Shown here: positions 12,752 through 24,509 of the stretch, in pieces
Numbering within the stretch: the stretch's first letter is position 1
How the letters are laid out: the number at the start of each line of letters is the position of its first letter
Origin: Microthyrium microscopicum
Lineage: Eukaryota
Length of the DNA stretch: 64,000 nt
Direction of reading: 5' to 3'
Assembly (NCBI GenBank): GCA_010405405.1
Contig: MU004231.1
Coordinates: 1-64,000 of the forward strand
Notes under the pieces: model-generated
Database searches by the model: none
What the model saw: only the letters and a program-made list of their open reading frames with translations
Told to the model about the DNA's origin: nothing
Program-made: the position numbers and the translations under genes

Positions 12752-15636
12752 GCCTGTTGGCTTCATTCGAGCAACCCTTAGAGTCATGCTGAGCCTGCCG
12801 TCTTGGTCAACACTGTCGAAGATTCTGGTTCTCGATCGGCATGCGCGTGGGAAACCTATACCACATTGGCATTGAGTAGAGAAACACTGGTGAAGGGTAA
12901 GCTAGATCTGAGCAGCACAGAGGTTCCGATGTTTCATTGAATTGACGGAGCGTTTTTGACGACAAAAGTACTAGAAGGGAGTGAAGATGAGAGCCATGGG
13001 TATTCGATTTGTTGTGGTTGATTGTTGACTTCGACATACAGGGTTTCAAAGAGATCGTTGCTAGATTTTGAATGACGGGCTTCAAAAAGCTGGAGAACAT
13101 AGTATTTCATTCCGAACCATAGTTGTTTACAAAGAGTTTCGTCGTTGATCATGGACAACATGAAGTTAGAGATCAGATCGTAGATTGACGCGCCAGCCGC
13201 CGCAGCCGCAGCCACGTGGACAGCGGCAACCACAGCCGCCACCGCCTCACAAGTCCCAAGTAGCAAGTTCTCCAACTTCTGAAAACCCTACATCTTGTTC
13301 CATAAAACCAACTCCTCGAGCTTGCTCATTACCGCATACCCACCTCCCTGAACCCTGTGATCGGCCTTCGAAACAGCGCAACTATGACCCTTGTTGAGAA
13401 TATGGCGACGGAGATGCTGAGCTCTGTACCGGCTTTCTCACTCCACTCGAGAGCGATCACACTAAAAGTGTCACGATGCCAATGGAGAACTATCAAGTAG
13501 CAACGGGTAATTCAGCATCCGCTGGCAATGATCGGCCTTTTGACGTAGAGGCTCATGCTTCTTCCCGGCTTACACATTGATAGCACGTTCTACTGCCTTC
13601 AGGTCGTCAAAGTTGACATCCCAATCTTCGAATCATCAGCCTTTCGGATATCCATCGCACCTACAGCGGAGCCATATGGCACGCCTTGAAATGCTCTTCG
13701 GGCGCCGCCATCCTTCCCACTACGTCACACTCTAACGACGATTATCGCGAACCATCTCATCGTTGCCCACCTGCATGGCTGCTTTACATCAACGACGAAG
13801 CGCAAGACTGTTATGCTGCCGCGATTTGTGAGATGGATGTGAGAGACTAAGCAGGGCGTTCAAATCTCGAAAATCTCCGCACCCACCAATACTGGTTTAT
13901 CGATTGAACTTAGCTGGCCGATAGACTTGCCACATGACTGGACGGACGTCTCAGCCGCAACGGAATGGGTCTTTTTGAGAGGGCGGGACATGGCTGTAGA
14001 TCATAATCCTCTCCTTTCCAGTCGCATCCTACGCGAGTACCATTTGCCTGCCAACCCAGACGGTCATAACATGCTGTAACCTACTGGAGCCGCAAAAGCT
14101 GTCCGATGCCGAGGCGTACACATGATGCCTGTCGCTGACCATACAACCCGTTTTCTGCTCTCACAAAGTCTCGAGGCTCTGGATCTGGCCGTCGACCACA
14201 CCAGGTAGAGGCGGCACAAATCAAGGTTTGGGAGTGGACTTATCTGAAAAGGATTGGTTGGGGGTAATCAGCGCGAAAGAAGATTGTCTGGTATCGATTG
14301 ACTAACACATATCGTTCGCAGAGCATTCCGGTATGCGCGACGCACTATTATCTTCCACCACCGAACCAGTCGCAAGCCTTCCCCTCAATCGTCCCCACCG
14401 CCCGAGCACTGCGAAGCCCCTCTGCTCATTTCCAAGCTCGTCCCCTGCCTGCCATTCCCTCGAAAGCACAAACATATCACGCATCTTGGTAACTGAAGGT
14501 TCTCCGGGGGCTGAAAAGATGGCTTGAGAAGCCACTGGCCTCCAGTCAAAGTCATGCTTCACCCCACAAATTGTTATGGGCGGCACTTGCGGATACCAGC
14601 CTACAAAGTTAGAGCCAGCGCTCGTGAACTACTCGAAGCCAAGATTCTAATACAGTGTGAATACTTTGGTACCTAGAAGAGCTTCTGCACCTCTCTCTCT
14701 CAAACCTGTGGAGGGCCCATACCCTGGATAGAACCCTCAACACACCATCTTACGCTTGGATGCTCAGAAAGGCTGCTCCATCTCTCTGCCTATCCCGTGG
14801 AGAGCCCATACCCTGCAGAGAGCCTTCAAAACACCAACCCATATACTCCGTGCCAGTGTTCGCAAAACTCTCGAAGCCAGACCCGATATCTGTGCGCACC
14901 AGATGAGTCCACGTGCACACGTCTACATAACTCGCACTGGGCAGCTTGGTTCTTCTGACGGAGAACGAGTGGTTAGATTTTGCTTGGACTGCCAGCGCCA
15001 TGTTTGGCGATTGAGTTGATCTCGTCCTTTCATCTTGGGAACTCCGCTGAGCCCAATACGTATAGCTCGATGCTCGAGAACAATATGCCGGTGGCTATTG
15101 TTATCTGAGGCATATGGATGCTAGCTGTCTTTCAACAAGGATCCTCACTAGAGCCTGACTGAAATGCGGGTATTGAGATAGTGGCATCAGCTTGGGGATA
15201 AGCCATTTCTGCTCTTTGGCTCTCGCTCTGTTAGTAACAACACAAGCGTTACTGGAAGCGTGGAAAGGGTTGTGGAGCAGATGGTTGCGCCATTCTGGGT
15301 GCTGTTTGGTTGCTTTACTTGTGTGCTGTTTGGATTGATTGGTTCGCTCCATTTGGGTGCTGTTTGGTTTGGCAGACTTGCTGGCATCATCACATTCACA
15401 ACTTGAGCCTTCTCGAACCAGGCCATACATCAACGCGTGAAACTGTACAGTCCGTAGCCCTGTCATGAACACCAATCAAGTGCAATGGTCACAACATCCT
15501 TTGCAGCGCGTAAGGTAGACATCATGAAAACACAAGCCCCGCGTGATGAAGATGGTATACATGTATCACAACGCTCATTTCGTAAACCCTTAGGCGCCAT
15601 GCTACTGAAAAGAAGTTTGTAAATAATATCATCTCC

Positions 15637-15688
15637 ACGCTTGCAAATACTCTCACAGACAAACGCTTGCAAGTACTCTCACAGACAA
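15637..15688. repeat. 26-bp tandem duplication
   Basis: ACGCTTGCAAATACTCTCACAGACAA followed by ACGCTTGCAAGTACTCTCACAGACAA (one mismatch). Confidence 0.9.
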
Positions 15689-16156
15689 ATGCTTCGACAT
15701 AGTTCTTGATACCAATATCTAAGGGATTGGTTGAGATAGAGTGGAGGTAGTGTAATGGATGACGGATGAGGTCGGCGGTCTCCTCCACACCCTTCCTACC
15801 CTTTCAGTAAGTCAACTACATAGGCAATACGATTTCTTCATGACTGTTGTGATCAGAGCATCATCAGCATCATTATTCGGGATTTGAGGCGCAAGCTGTT
15901 GGCCTGGTTGAGCGAAGGTTTCGCCAATGTTCTTGCTGGGGTTGGGTCTGATCTGAGTGTTTTGTGTCTGTCTAATCTGGCATAAATAGTGCTTCAATTC
16001 GTGCTTGGAAGGTACGTAGGCTACACATTTGAAGCATATGAGCTTGATATCTTTTGAATCAGGTAGAAAGTGCAAGGCAGGGAAGTACTAGACACCTCTA
16101 ACGTTCAACGAGTAGCGACTTCACTGATTGGAAATGGGACTGCCGTGCTAAACAAG

Positions 16157-16251
16157 ACCAAATTCTAGAAGTAGTCACAAGTTAGATGTATTGGTCGAAA
16201 TAGAGATATAAGTGCCGATCAAATTCTTGAGCCGCGAAGAGGACTAGACTG
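16157..16251 (+). repeat. 95-bp direct repeat, copy 1
   Basis: Matches 18092-18186 with 4 substitutions. Confidence 0.95.
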
Positions 16252-16991
16252 CTAGCAGTGACCTTGATGGAACCCAGGTATTTGCGCCGGTGTATGTTGA
16301 TTGATTCTGGCTGGATTGCCTGGCGTCAGTAACAAGAGTATAGAGTAGAAAGCTTTTCTAGGCAGCTGGCGAACGTAAGCACCCTTCATAAGCACATTGT
16401 AGGAAGACATACATTCTAATGGTTCGAGATGGGGTACTAGAACCTGTATTAGATTTTATGTTGGGTGCTCCGATAAAGCAATCTCTTGGGATGCTTTTGG
16501 ATCGTAGTGATTCATTCTTTCAATGTGTCAGATCTTTAAATATTAGCACTTGCTTCAGGCTTGGGCTGTGCCGTAGAGCGAACAGCAGATTCAAAATACA
16601 GCTGCTTTACACCGGTGCAAGGTTTTCTTTTTGGAATGGCTTATATGTTTTCACTCTCTATTGCAAACCCGAATCAGTTCAATTCTGCTGAGAGCACAGA
16701 ATGTTGACCAAATCTTGGCCTCATAATCTCCGTCCCATGCTCGATGAATTTCTGGGTTTCTATAAGAACTCAGAAGCCGAAGCTCGCACGTTTTCTAATG
16801 AGCAACTCAAAAGCTTCTGACGCGATGGTGATAGATGCGAACATGCCTATAGTCAAAGGCTCCGTAGAATCGCTAGTGTCAGCACATATATATTTGAAGC
16901 TACTACCAAAGAAATCATTCAGCTTGACCTATCCTTAACACCTACTACCACCCTTCCTTCTTGATTGCATCTAACAATACCTTGGGCTAGC

Positions 16992-17747
16992 CTGCCTAAC
17001 CTACGAGGAAAAATGGGTCGAGTGTAGGCCTACAAAGGCGAAAACATTTTCATAACCATGACCGACTGGCCCAAAACAGGTCTCGAGAAACGCAATGGCA
17101 AAGTCCTGATGTACTTCGGCCGCCAAAATCTTTACAAATTGATTGACGAGGACGTCGCCGAATGGGCGAACGGATGCAGTCTCAAAGGCCTAAGCTCGTC
17201 CAAGCAGTCCATGATCACTAAGCTGCAAAATGAGCGATGGTGGGATCTTCTTCGCCAATACTGCAAGGATAAGCACATCGACCTGCCCGAAGCTCTTCCA
17301 AAGAGTCTGGCTGGCAAAAAGGCGGCGGACGAACAGAAGCAAGTGGATAGCGGCATGGGATCTGGTGCATCTAGCCATACAGGCTCTCAATTGGCTCCAA
17401 ATCGCAAACCCATCGTCTCCAAAAAGCGATCATTACCACAAGATGCCCCTGGTCCGATCTTGGATGCCCGCATATAGCCCAAAGAGGTACACATCGTCGA
17501 CATTCAAGAACCAAGCCCAACGGACAGCGAAAAAGAAGAGTACAACCGTCATCATTCGCAATGCGCGAGCAGCTCAGATACTGGTATTAATAGCGCTGAC
17601 GAAGAGTTTGTTTGTGAGAGCATGTCTCTCTTCCATCTCCCGCATAGCGGCGGAGAAGGCGTCCACCGTCTCATCCCAAAAGGTGCGATTAGGATCACTT
17701 ATGAAACCACAGGTGACCCATTCCTCCTCGTCGGTTGGGCAGGCTAG
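16992..17747 (+). pseudogene. Disrupted gene of unknown family
   Basis: Protein-like frame (LPNLRGKMGRV*AYKGENIFITMTDWPK…RWWDLLRQYCKDKHIDLP…DARI*PKEVH…) with in-frame TAG at 17025 and 17475. The paralogous copy near 3.7 kb has TCG (Ser) at the second stop. A CTAAC…TAG acceptor-like signal ends at 16990. Confidence 0.55.
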
Positions 17748-17996
17748 CCCGAGGTGTTGTTCGATGCGAATGAGAAGGGAGGGTGGTAGTGGGTGTTGAG
17801 GATGGGTCAAGCCCCATCCAATATTGAGCTGAGTTTCCTTGATCTCTTCGGCAGTGATGTCAATGGCAATACCACGATAGGATCGAAGATACCAGCTCAT
17901 AGCGTTTCCGACTTGGCGGTCGGAGAGCAGTTCTCGCTTCTGAAGACGAAGGTAGTAGCGGCGTTCTTCTTCATCCATCGCGCTGAGAAAAGTCAC
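17574..17996 (-). other. Possible coding exon or relic of unknown function (140 codons)
   Basis: Open frame with protein-like composition (MDEEERRYYLRLQKRELL…FWDETVDAFSAAMREMEERH); no recognised domain. Confidence 0.3.
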
Positions 17997-18091
17997 ATTA
18001 TAAGAGTGCTTTCAACACCAATACCTGCCTAGATTGTCCATATACATCACCTTACTTGGGGGCTGAACAGAATCGATGCAGAAAAGGCAGA

Positions 18092-18186
18092 ACCAAATTC
18101 TAGAAGCAGTCACAAGTCAGATGTATTGGTCGAAATAGAGATATAAGTGCCGATCAAATTCTCGACCCGCGAAGAGGACTAGACTG
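18092..18186 (+). repeat. 95-bp direct repeat, copy 2
   Basis: Matches 16157-16251. Confidence 0.95.
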
Positions 18187-18809
18187 TGTACCGGTCAACG
18201 CCAAATACAACAACTACTCCAGCTGGAACCATTGGCCAGAGCCCATCACTTTCCATACCAAGCTTGAAATTGTTGGGTCATCGGGCTCCTTGCCGTGCTA
18301 GTAGTCTGAAACTCTTGTCCCCAAGCAGCTTCAAAAGCGGCAAGTTCGACCACGACGCTTCACTCGCCGGTTGCCGAAGCGTGGATTCGAAAGCTGACTC
18401 GCAATTGTAGGCTTGACAAGGAGAAATCGCACCCATGCAATCAATGCAGACTCAAAAAATCGACCGTGCTTTGGGTTCAATGCAACTCAAGGGGACTTTT
18501 ATACCCGACCACTGCCTGTGGAGCTTAGGGGCAGCAACGACGAGTCTGATCGACTGTATTTGGTGAGGGAGGGTGATATGGATTTAGAGAAACTCAAAAT
18601 CTCTTGCTTCCAATCCAACGATCTCATTCAAATTGAGCAGCATATGAGTTCCGATCACGCAAATCCAGCCAGAATCAATCGACATAGACCGGCGCAAATA
18701 CCTGGGTTCCATTGTATCGCGAAGCAATGGTGCGGCAACCACGGGTTGCCCAGTGATATTATCACCGTGAAACAGAGTCTGGCGCACATCGGCATGGCAA
18801 AATGAATGA

Positions 18810-18976
18810 CGTACTACCATCAACTCTGATGGCGCCCAGAGGCTACGGTCTGTTATCGAGTGCTTTATTTGCCATAAAGGGCGTTCGGATTGGGAGTATT
18901 TATCAGATACGATGGCAATTAAAGCAGCTTTTAGTTAGCAGCGCTGGTGGTAGCCATCAGAGTTGATGGGAGTACG
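18810..18976. repeat. 167-bp imperfect palindrome (MITE-like or hairpin-forming)
   Basis: Outer arms 18810-18833 and 18953-18976 pair 23/24; inner arms 18861-18875 and 18912-18926 pair 14/15. Confidence 0.85.
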
Positions 18977-19051
18977 CCCCGTTGGCGCAGTGGCTGGAAA
19001 ATCTCAGACAAAGACGGCAGAAACAGCGGCGTTGCTGCGTACAGCGACAGG

Positions 19052-19605
19052 TATGACGGCTCATAACGGCCACCCTGGCCACTTCACCAAAATCCAAAAT
19101 CCAAAAATCTATGTGTTTACAAATCAATTATTTACACCACAAAGAGCCCAAATTTGAGGATTCTGAAGAAGCTAAATGGCAAATTGGATTTTTCTGCATT
19201 TTTGCAATGTCTAGAAATATTATATTTATGTGTTTTGACACGTTTTTGATGGTTAGTTGTTTCTGAGATCTTTTTGCTTTTTGACAAAAAGTGGAGCTTG
19301 ATGGGAATACCCTTTAGGCTTGCTAAGTTAGTGGGGGGACCCCCCTAAATTAGCGAGTCCTTCATGCTCCAAAAATGCTAAGAAAAGATACGTATTTCTT
19401 GAATCAAATATTTAACTTCAACAACCATACTTAAATAGACTTTTCTAGCTCTCGAAAATCAAGCAAAATTCAACTTGCAATTTGGCTTCTTTAGATTATC
19501 TAAATATATAGTATTTGTGTTGTAAGTAATTAATTTGTAAATACATAGATTTTGTACTTTTTGGTTTTGCTGAACTGGCCAGGGTGGCCGTTATGAGCCG
19601 TCATA
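19052..19605. mobile_element. Non-autonomous foldback/MITE-like DNA element, 554 bp
   Basis: Perfect 30-bp TIR TATGACGGCTCATAACGGCCACCCTGGCCA (19052-19081 and 19576-19605), extending imperfectly for about 200 bp. AT-rich interior with a central GGGGGGACCCCCC hairpin. Flanked by ACAGG direct repeats at 19047-19051 and 19606-19610. Confidence 0.9.
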
Positions 19606-20178
19606 ACAGGACAAGACTGCTGGATCATCGCGGACGCACCCAACAGCGGTGTCGTGAGCCAAGACCCAGCAAAATGCATGCACTCCCCTCTGATGGTCCA
19701 CAGGCAGCTTGATGCATTCGGAGGGCTGAGGCTGAGAAGAATGCACTAGGTGATTATGATTCACAGGCTCGGCCGTTCGCGGTGGTGTTCGAGGTGTTTT
19801 CATGTAGCCCTCAACAGATATTAGCACCATCAAAATGATATAGCTGCTATATTTATCGCCGAATACCTACTATGTGTTTACCCTAAATCGGACCATTCCC
19901 CACGAAATAATCTGTCAATAGCAAGTTTCATATAGCTATAAATGCTAGCAAGTCAGTGGCCCAGTTGTTCATGGGGTATTAATATCTTCAAACAAGGTTT
20001 TAGACAGACCAATGAAAGAATTTCCGTTTATACATGTTCAAATTTATTCAAGATTCACTTAGCTTAGCTTCCCCATATTTTACTATTCTTCTCTACGTCT
20101 ATCTCCTTTCTGACTAGGTGAGTCGACGCGATACGCAACAGTCTGTCCTTACCATTAGCATTTCATTCATCCTACATC

Positions 20179-21661
20179 ATGAAGCTTCTGCTCCCCCTTC
20201 TCGCTATATCCTCTCTAGCGAGCGCCCAGCTCTCGGGCAAAGTTGGTCCAACCACGTCACACGCTACCAAAACGGCCCGGAAAGTATGTAACATCACCTC
20301 CTATGGCGCCAAACCGGGCAAAACAGGGGATATAGGTCCAGCCATGACCGAAGCCTTCAACGCCTGCAAAAACGGCGGCACCATTGTCATCCCCTCTGGC
20401 GACTGGGGCCTACGAACCTGGGTGAACATGCAAAACGGCAAAGGCTTTGCAATTCAATGGGACGGCGTCATCCACCGAACGGGCGATGCTGGTGGAAACA
20501 TGTTACTCGTGCAAAAGAGTGATGATGTCGAGATATTTAGCAGTACCGGCAAGGGCGCGTTCCAAGGAAATGGTTACGAATTCCATCGCAAGGGATCAAT
20601 TACGGGGCCAAGAATTCTGAGATTTGTGAGGACGACGAATTTCGCGGTACATGATGTCCTGTTAATTGATGCGCCGAGTTTTCATTTTAGTATGGATACA
20701 TGTAAAAATGGGGAGGTGTATAATATGGTTATCAAGGGAGCGTACCAAGGTGGATTGGATGGGATTGATGTTTGGTCGGATAATATTCATATTCATGATG
20801 TTATGGTTTCCAACAAGGATGAGTGTGTTACTGTGAAGGTAAGTCTTTGGTTTTCGAGAGTGGTAACTGATTTCTGACTGATGTTCGACAGAGCCCGGCG
20901 CATAATATTTTGGTGGAGAATATCTATTGTAACTGGAGTGGTGGTTCGGCATTTGGCTCTCTTGGAGAAGGTGTCGATATTGCCAATGTTATCTACCGAA
21001 ACGTTTACACCATTCAGTCGAATCAGATGATGATGATCAAGTCAAGAGGAGGAAGTGGCTCCGTCAGTAATGTTCTATTTGAGAACTTTATCGGTCACAG
21101 CAACGCCTATTCCCTCGATATTGATCAGAACTGGTCACCAATGAAGTCCCATCCAGGTCCAGGCGTTGGTCTGAGGAACATAACGTTCAAGGTAAGGATC
21201 TTTCCACTTTCTGGTAACAGTATACTAACGTAAGGCAGAACTGGAAAGGCACATGCGCCAATGGTGTTCAGAGACCACCCATCAAGATCATCTGCTCCGA
21301 TGACAAACCTTGCGTTGGAATTCACATCGTCGACTTCGCCATGTGGACCGACTCTGGAAGTTCCGTACAATACCAATGCAAGAGTGCATATGGCAGCGGT
21401 GGATGCCTCAAATCTGGCAGTGGAGGAGCATATGCTACAACTTCCAAGACCATAAGCAGTCCTCCAGCAGGATATAATGCAGTTAGGATGCCAGGAGATT
21501 TGAAGACATCAACTGGCACCAAAGAGCCGATTGCTATCCCACAGATGCCGTCCTCGTTTTTTCCTGGCAAATCGCCTCTGAAAGCGCTGGCAGCGGGAGG
21601 CGCTGGGGGCAGGCTCGTGGAATTGTTTAATGATGTAGATGAAGGGTTTATTGAGTCGTAG
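20179..21661 (+). CDS. rhgA: Secreted GH28 rhamnogalacturonase, 460 aa
   Basis: Signal peptide followed by [11 protein letters not shown]; motifs [39 protein letters not shown]. Introns 20839-20891 and 21192-21238 keep the frame. Confidence 0.92.
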
Positions 21662-22235
21662 AAGGCTGCATGACAGGAGAATGTTGTACAAGAATGGCGG
21701 CAAGCCAAATAAATTCGTGTAGAATGTTTAGTTCAAGAATTTGATAGGCCGAACACTTTGTGAGTAGATCTAACAACAGAACTTGCCGCACATGCCGCGG
21801 AGAAAGAGTTCGCGGACAAATTATATACCCTTTGACGAAGTCGTCGGATCAAGATGGATTGAAGATTTATAAGTTGTGCGCGCTGACCTGATCAAGCTGG
21901 CTGACTGGCCATTATTTGACAGGGATAAAGGACGCATAACGGAAGCATTCGGCCATTGACATGCATTGCCAAGTGAGCTACTGCTGATTAGGACATCTGT
22001 TGGCGACCATCAAAGTGGTCGGCGACTTGGCTTTGGTGAATTTCGCGAAGTTTGACGTCCTGCTCGTTAAGCAATACCGAAAACTTCATGGAGCTTGAAT
22101 ATTGCTATGCTTGGCGAGGCAAACTGAAAGGTCCGGCAAAGGGCATATAAAAGGATGGACCGAAAGGTCCAGATCAATTCAGATCAATTCGAATTCAATC
22201 TGTCTTATTGAACCATAACATCAATACCCAACACT

Positions 22236-23258
22236 ATGGCATCTTTCAATATTCCCAAAAGAATCCGCGCCATCAACCAACCAGATTGGCAATCCACCAA
22301 TCTTGAACTCATCGAGACAGACACACCAATTGCCAAACCAGACAGCGATGAGCACCTCATCCGCGTATACGCCACAGCTCCATGCGCCGGAGAGCTTCTG
22401 TGGGCAAAGAATTTTCCTGCAACACTGGAAGGCGGGAAATCTGGTGTCCCATGTTACGACCTCTCGGGTGTAGTAGTCACGGCTCCAGCAAACTCCCCTT
22501 TCCAGCCAGGAAGTGAAGTTTACACCCGCACAACAGCCTGGAGAACCGGTAATGCTCGAGAATATACCATTGCTGTAACGAGCGAGTTGGCTCTAAAGCC
22601 GAAGAATCTATCTTGGGAGGATGCTGCCAGTATTCCATTGAGTGCGTTTACTGCGTATCAAGCGCTTTTTGAGCATGGCGGATTCAAAGCACCATGGAAG
22701 GATCAAGCTGGCGCGACCGAAAATGGAGAGAAGAGGCTTATTGTAACTGCGGCCTCTGGAGGAGTTGGAGTTTGGGTGCTTCAACTTGCCAAAGCAGCCG
22801 GCGTCAAGGATATCGTCGCGGTCGTGGGACCATCAAATGTAGAGTTTGTCAAAGAGCTTGGAGCCTCAGAGGTGGTGAACTATAAAGAGCAATCGCTAGG
22901 GCACTGGATCGCTGCCGGCAATGCCAAAGCGGATGTAATTTTCGACGCAGTTGGAGGTCAGACCTTGACCGATGCTTGGGGAGCTGTTAAGGAGGGTGGA
23001 AAGATTGTTACGATCAAAGAACCAGCTGCTTCTCGTAAACCAAAAACAGATCCTCCCAAAGATGTCCAAGATGTCTTCTTCATCATGGAAGCCGAAGGGT
23101 GGCAGCTGAAAGAGGTTGCGCAATTGATCGAAGCTGGTAAAGCAAAGCCTGTGGTTGATAGTATTTTCAGCATGGAGGACTTTCAAAAAGCGTTTGATAA
23201 AGTGGAAAGTGGTCATGCTCGTGGCAAGGTGATGATCAAGATAACAAGCAGCGCATAA
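22236..23258 (+). CDS. MDR-superfamily NAD(P)H-dependent oxidoreductase (quinone reductase / zinc-independent ADH-like)
   Basis: 340-aa single ORF with GroES-like N-domain, AASIPLSAFTAYQAL, Rossmann AASGGVG, C-terminal GHARGKVMI; TATA-like TATAAAA near 22146. Confidence 0.9.
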   Translation: MASFNIPKRIRAINQPDWQSTNLELIETDTPIAKPDSDEHLIRVYATAPCAGELLWAKNFPATLEGGKSGVPCYDLSGVVVTAPANSPFQPGSEVYTRTTAWRTGNAREYTIAVTSELALKPKNLSWEDAASIPLSAFTAYQALFEHGGFKAPWKDQAGATENGEKRLIVTAASGGVGVWVLQLAKAAGVKDIVAVVGPSNVEFVKELGASEVVNYKEQSLGHWIAAGNAKADVIFDAVGGQTLTDAWGAVKEGGKIVTIKEPAASRKPKTDPPKDVQDVFFIMEAEGWQLKEVAQLIEAGKAKPVVDSIFSMEDFQKAFDKVESGHARGKVMIKITSSA

Positions 23259-23388
23259 AAGGCAATACAGCAAAGGAAGGTCAACTTGCATATGAAGAAG
23301 GGGTTTATACCGTCTACATAGCTTTAGACTCCGCCAAAGACTTGACTCCTCGATCAATCAAAATATCTCCGCTTCAATTCTTCCAAGC

Positions 23389-24509
23389 TCAATTAGCGCC
23401 TTCGCCTCTTTCTCTTGAGTCGTCATTTGATTCTGTCCTGGATCCTATATCGGGTCTTTTCTTGTTGGATAGTTCTAGTTCGGCGAATCTTGGTCGCATT
23501 AAACTGATGTTGACTCTTGCGGAGTTGAAGATGTATTCATATGGAGGTAGAGACACTGCCAGGTTGGTATTCTCTGTTAAGCGAGTGATGAAGAACATGA
23601 ATCGACCGGTCTTGATCTGAAGTTCGGCGAAATTTGCGCTGCCAGCTGGAACGCCCATGTGCTTGCTAGTAGTTGTTAGTTCTGGTCAAGGAAATTTACA
23701 TGAGGACGTACGCCATTGAATGCTTGTGAGTTTTGAGAATACTCGAAATTCGCTCGAAGCGATCCGTGAAGGGATTTTGTAGTTCGGTGCCTTTTGTGAT
23801 ATGAGTGACCATCAGACATGTAGTCCGCTCGTATAATATTATTTCTCGAGCATGAATAACTTCTGCTAGATCTTGTAGCATGGACTCTATCGTTTGGGCG
23901 TTGGGGATGAGAAAGTAAATGATTTGAGTCCAGGCTTTATATAAGCTTTGATCCCAAATACTGGTAGGAAAGAATTCGACAGCCTCTCCAAATGACTCGG
24001 ATGCTGCACGAATGTGCTCTGCTCTTTGCTCAAATAATGAATGGCGAAATCCGCTTTGGACAAGATCCATCTTGTGTATGAGACAAAAGACTTTGGCGTT
24101 AGGAGAGCACTCTTCCAAGGCTCGAATAATATTGCCGTAGTTAATAACATCGGCAGCAAATTCGCGAGATTCTATGTCAAAGACAAAGATGAGTACTGCA
24201 ACACCACCAAAGACGTGGGATCTAGAATGCAATAGGTAGTTCTCTACAAATCCATCTTGACTATTCATGATTAAATGATGCATTTGATAGACGGACGTTG
24301 AGAACTCACCCTCCACAATCCCACAAGTTCAACATCAGGTTGCCCATGAATTTGATATTGGAATGCTCGACATCGATTGTGGCACCCAATCTTCGAACAT
24401 CTTTGGCGACATAATTGCTGAAGACGATTGATCGCATAGATGACTTTCCAGCGCCACTCTTGCCCATAAGCAGGACTTTGCGCTGCTTAAGGCGCTTGCT
24501 TGAACTCAT
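23389..24509 (-). CDS. GTR1: Rag A/Gtr1 GTPase, 341 aa
   Basis: [45 protein letters not shown]. Introns 24261-24309 and 23666-23711 give an intact frame. Confidence 0.95.

Noticed and set aside
16157..18186. LTR retrotransposon
   Set aside because: Repeats are only 95 bp, lack TG…CA ends, PBS/PPT and TSD, and enclose no gag/pol remnants.
87..19050. Telomere-linked RecQ helicase or telomeric retrotransposon
   Set aside because: No Walker A/DEAH helicase, reverse-transcriptase or transposase motifs recognised in the provided ORFs or frames I read; a highly decayed copy cannot be excluded without a search.
22126..22196. GGACC-GAAA-GGTCC hairpin and AGATCAATTC tandem near the oxidoreductase TATA box
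   Set aside because: A 5-bp stem and a 10-bp duplication are too short to support a structured RNA call.
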